In this document: positions 51,548 to 52,921 of the stretch, piece by piece | Numbering within the stretch: position 1 is the stretch's first letter | Layout of the letters: every line of letters starts with the position of its first letter | Assembly (NCBI GenBank): GCA_025786725.1 | Contig: JAHLTZ010000072.1 | Coordinates: forward strand, 1-52,921 | Source of the DNA: Syncephalis fuscata S228 | Lineage: Eukaryota; Fungi; Zoopagomycota | Direction of reading: 5' to 3' | DNA: 52,921 nucleotides | Notes under the pieces: generated by a model | What the model was told of the DNA's origin: nothing | The model's database searches: none | What the model saw: the letters and a program-made list of their open reading frames with translations, nothing else | Translations under genes and position numbers: made by a program

Positions 51548-52921
51548 AAAATCGCGCAGAAATCGTAAATGGAAATAAAGAATAGAATAGAATTAAACGT
51601 CAGTTGATAGTAACAATTCAGCAGTGCTGGCGTTAAAATAATAGAATCAAGTAAAAACACGTTCGTAAACAGAGTAAAAATATCGTCAATAGAGACTAGA
51701 AATAGGTGGTGATATCGTAAAGGCAAGGTTAGTTATGTTGATGTTGATAGCAAGCCGTATACAAACTTATAGCAAGTTATATAGTATTGCAAAATGCTTG
51801 AAGCATAGGCGACTTTATTGTGCCATCACGTGCAGGCTATTGTGTCCTATGCTTTTCCAAATAAGCCATGTAATATATTGTGCCATTCAGCATTTTTGAC
51901 AAATGCACAACGTGATAGGTCATGCGTGTAACAACATTGGACATTAACCAGTGTGGGCACTGTTTTTTTTAATAATTCGGCAAACGAGATAATATAGGCC
52001 TTATTAATTTTACAAATGTTGCTAGTTTGTGAAACAATGAACTGGCAGTTTTACAGATGTACTGGTCCCGCAAACTACGACACACAAAGAAAGGGCCGAC
52101 ATTTGCCATGAAAATCTCATTTTGCCACCATTTTTATCATTAAAAAAACAGATGTTAATCTGATCCAGTGGATAAGCATTCTTACCATTGTAAATGGGAT
52201 CTGTTGGTTAAGCTAGAGTTTACTCGGGCCTAGCACGTTTACTAGCATGACATGTTAATCATAAATTTTACTCTGCAAAAGTTTTGCCTATCTATTTGTA
52301 CAACTATACAATAGTGAGGCAGATAGTGATGGTAAATAAGAGCACAGACATTATGCAACCTATGACTGTATAACATCGACTATAATCGTTGTGTTTGCTT
52401 TAAAACAAGACAGCTGATTGTTAAAATTGAACATGTATCTAATCTATGGCCCATTTACTTGTTTAATGGTTATATTAGCATGTTATCTACCAGAAAAGCA
52501 AAATATAATGGTGCAAAGTACTTTTATTGTACAAACAATCAATATTCGATATAATAGCTTGGGTACTTGGCACCTTATTTGTTTCACATATCAACGAAAT
52601 GGCCTTTATGCATCAGATTATTATAAGCCGCGTAAACCTGAAATATGTGGAACAGTACAGTACAACCATACTAATTTGAGCTCTATTGCTACCATAGTTT
52701 TTTATGAAAAATAATAACACTGAGTAATATATTGGAATTAAATGGTATTTTAGCTATATCAAAATTAACAAAAAACTTATTGTTATTACCAAATATAATA
52801 TACGAATTATTGGTGTCTTCTATTTTTACAACTATAATAAATATTCTTTTGTTCATATTTCTAAAACTGTCTCTGTTTCATAAAACATAATTATATAAAT
52901 AATATATATATTGGCCATAAA

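Noticed and set aside
52418-52714. 98-aa ORF
   Set aside because: It has a non-ATG start, is AT-rich and has no motif, so it is likely intergenic.

Overview
AT-rich eukaryotic DNA with short GT-AG introns (mostly about 45-75 nt, CTAAT/CTAAC branch points). It is most consistent with an early-diverging fungus (Zoopagomycota/Mucoromycota-like; inference from gene content). Twelve protein-coding genes are supported: the 3' end of eIF3L; a large C1-domain/helical protein with an UNC79-like block; V-ATPase subunit C; a secreted precursor of nine RR-delimited 35-aa Asn-rich repeats; an adjacent secreted low-complexity protein carrying one degenerate RR-flanked copy of that unit; eIF2-beta; a secreted FPPA-repeat protein; a 7TM-RGS protein; a Slm1/Ask10-like BAR-PH protein with an 11 x 44-aa tandem array, bracketed by a 437-bp inverted repeat; neurofibromin/Ira RasGAP; an ABCB8-like mitochondrial ABC half-transporter; and a Vpr-like S8 subtilase. 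A 7.5-kb gene-free, repeat-rich gap lies at 27.5-35 kb. The best candidate for an undescribed system is the 11.7-15.9 kb pair: a Kex2-processed repeat precursor of putative amyloid/repellent-like peptides next to a possible nucleator or anchor protein. Frameshifts clustered in the last three genes look like assembly indel errors. All family assignments come from motif recognition and recalled sequences, not database searches.
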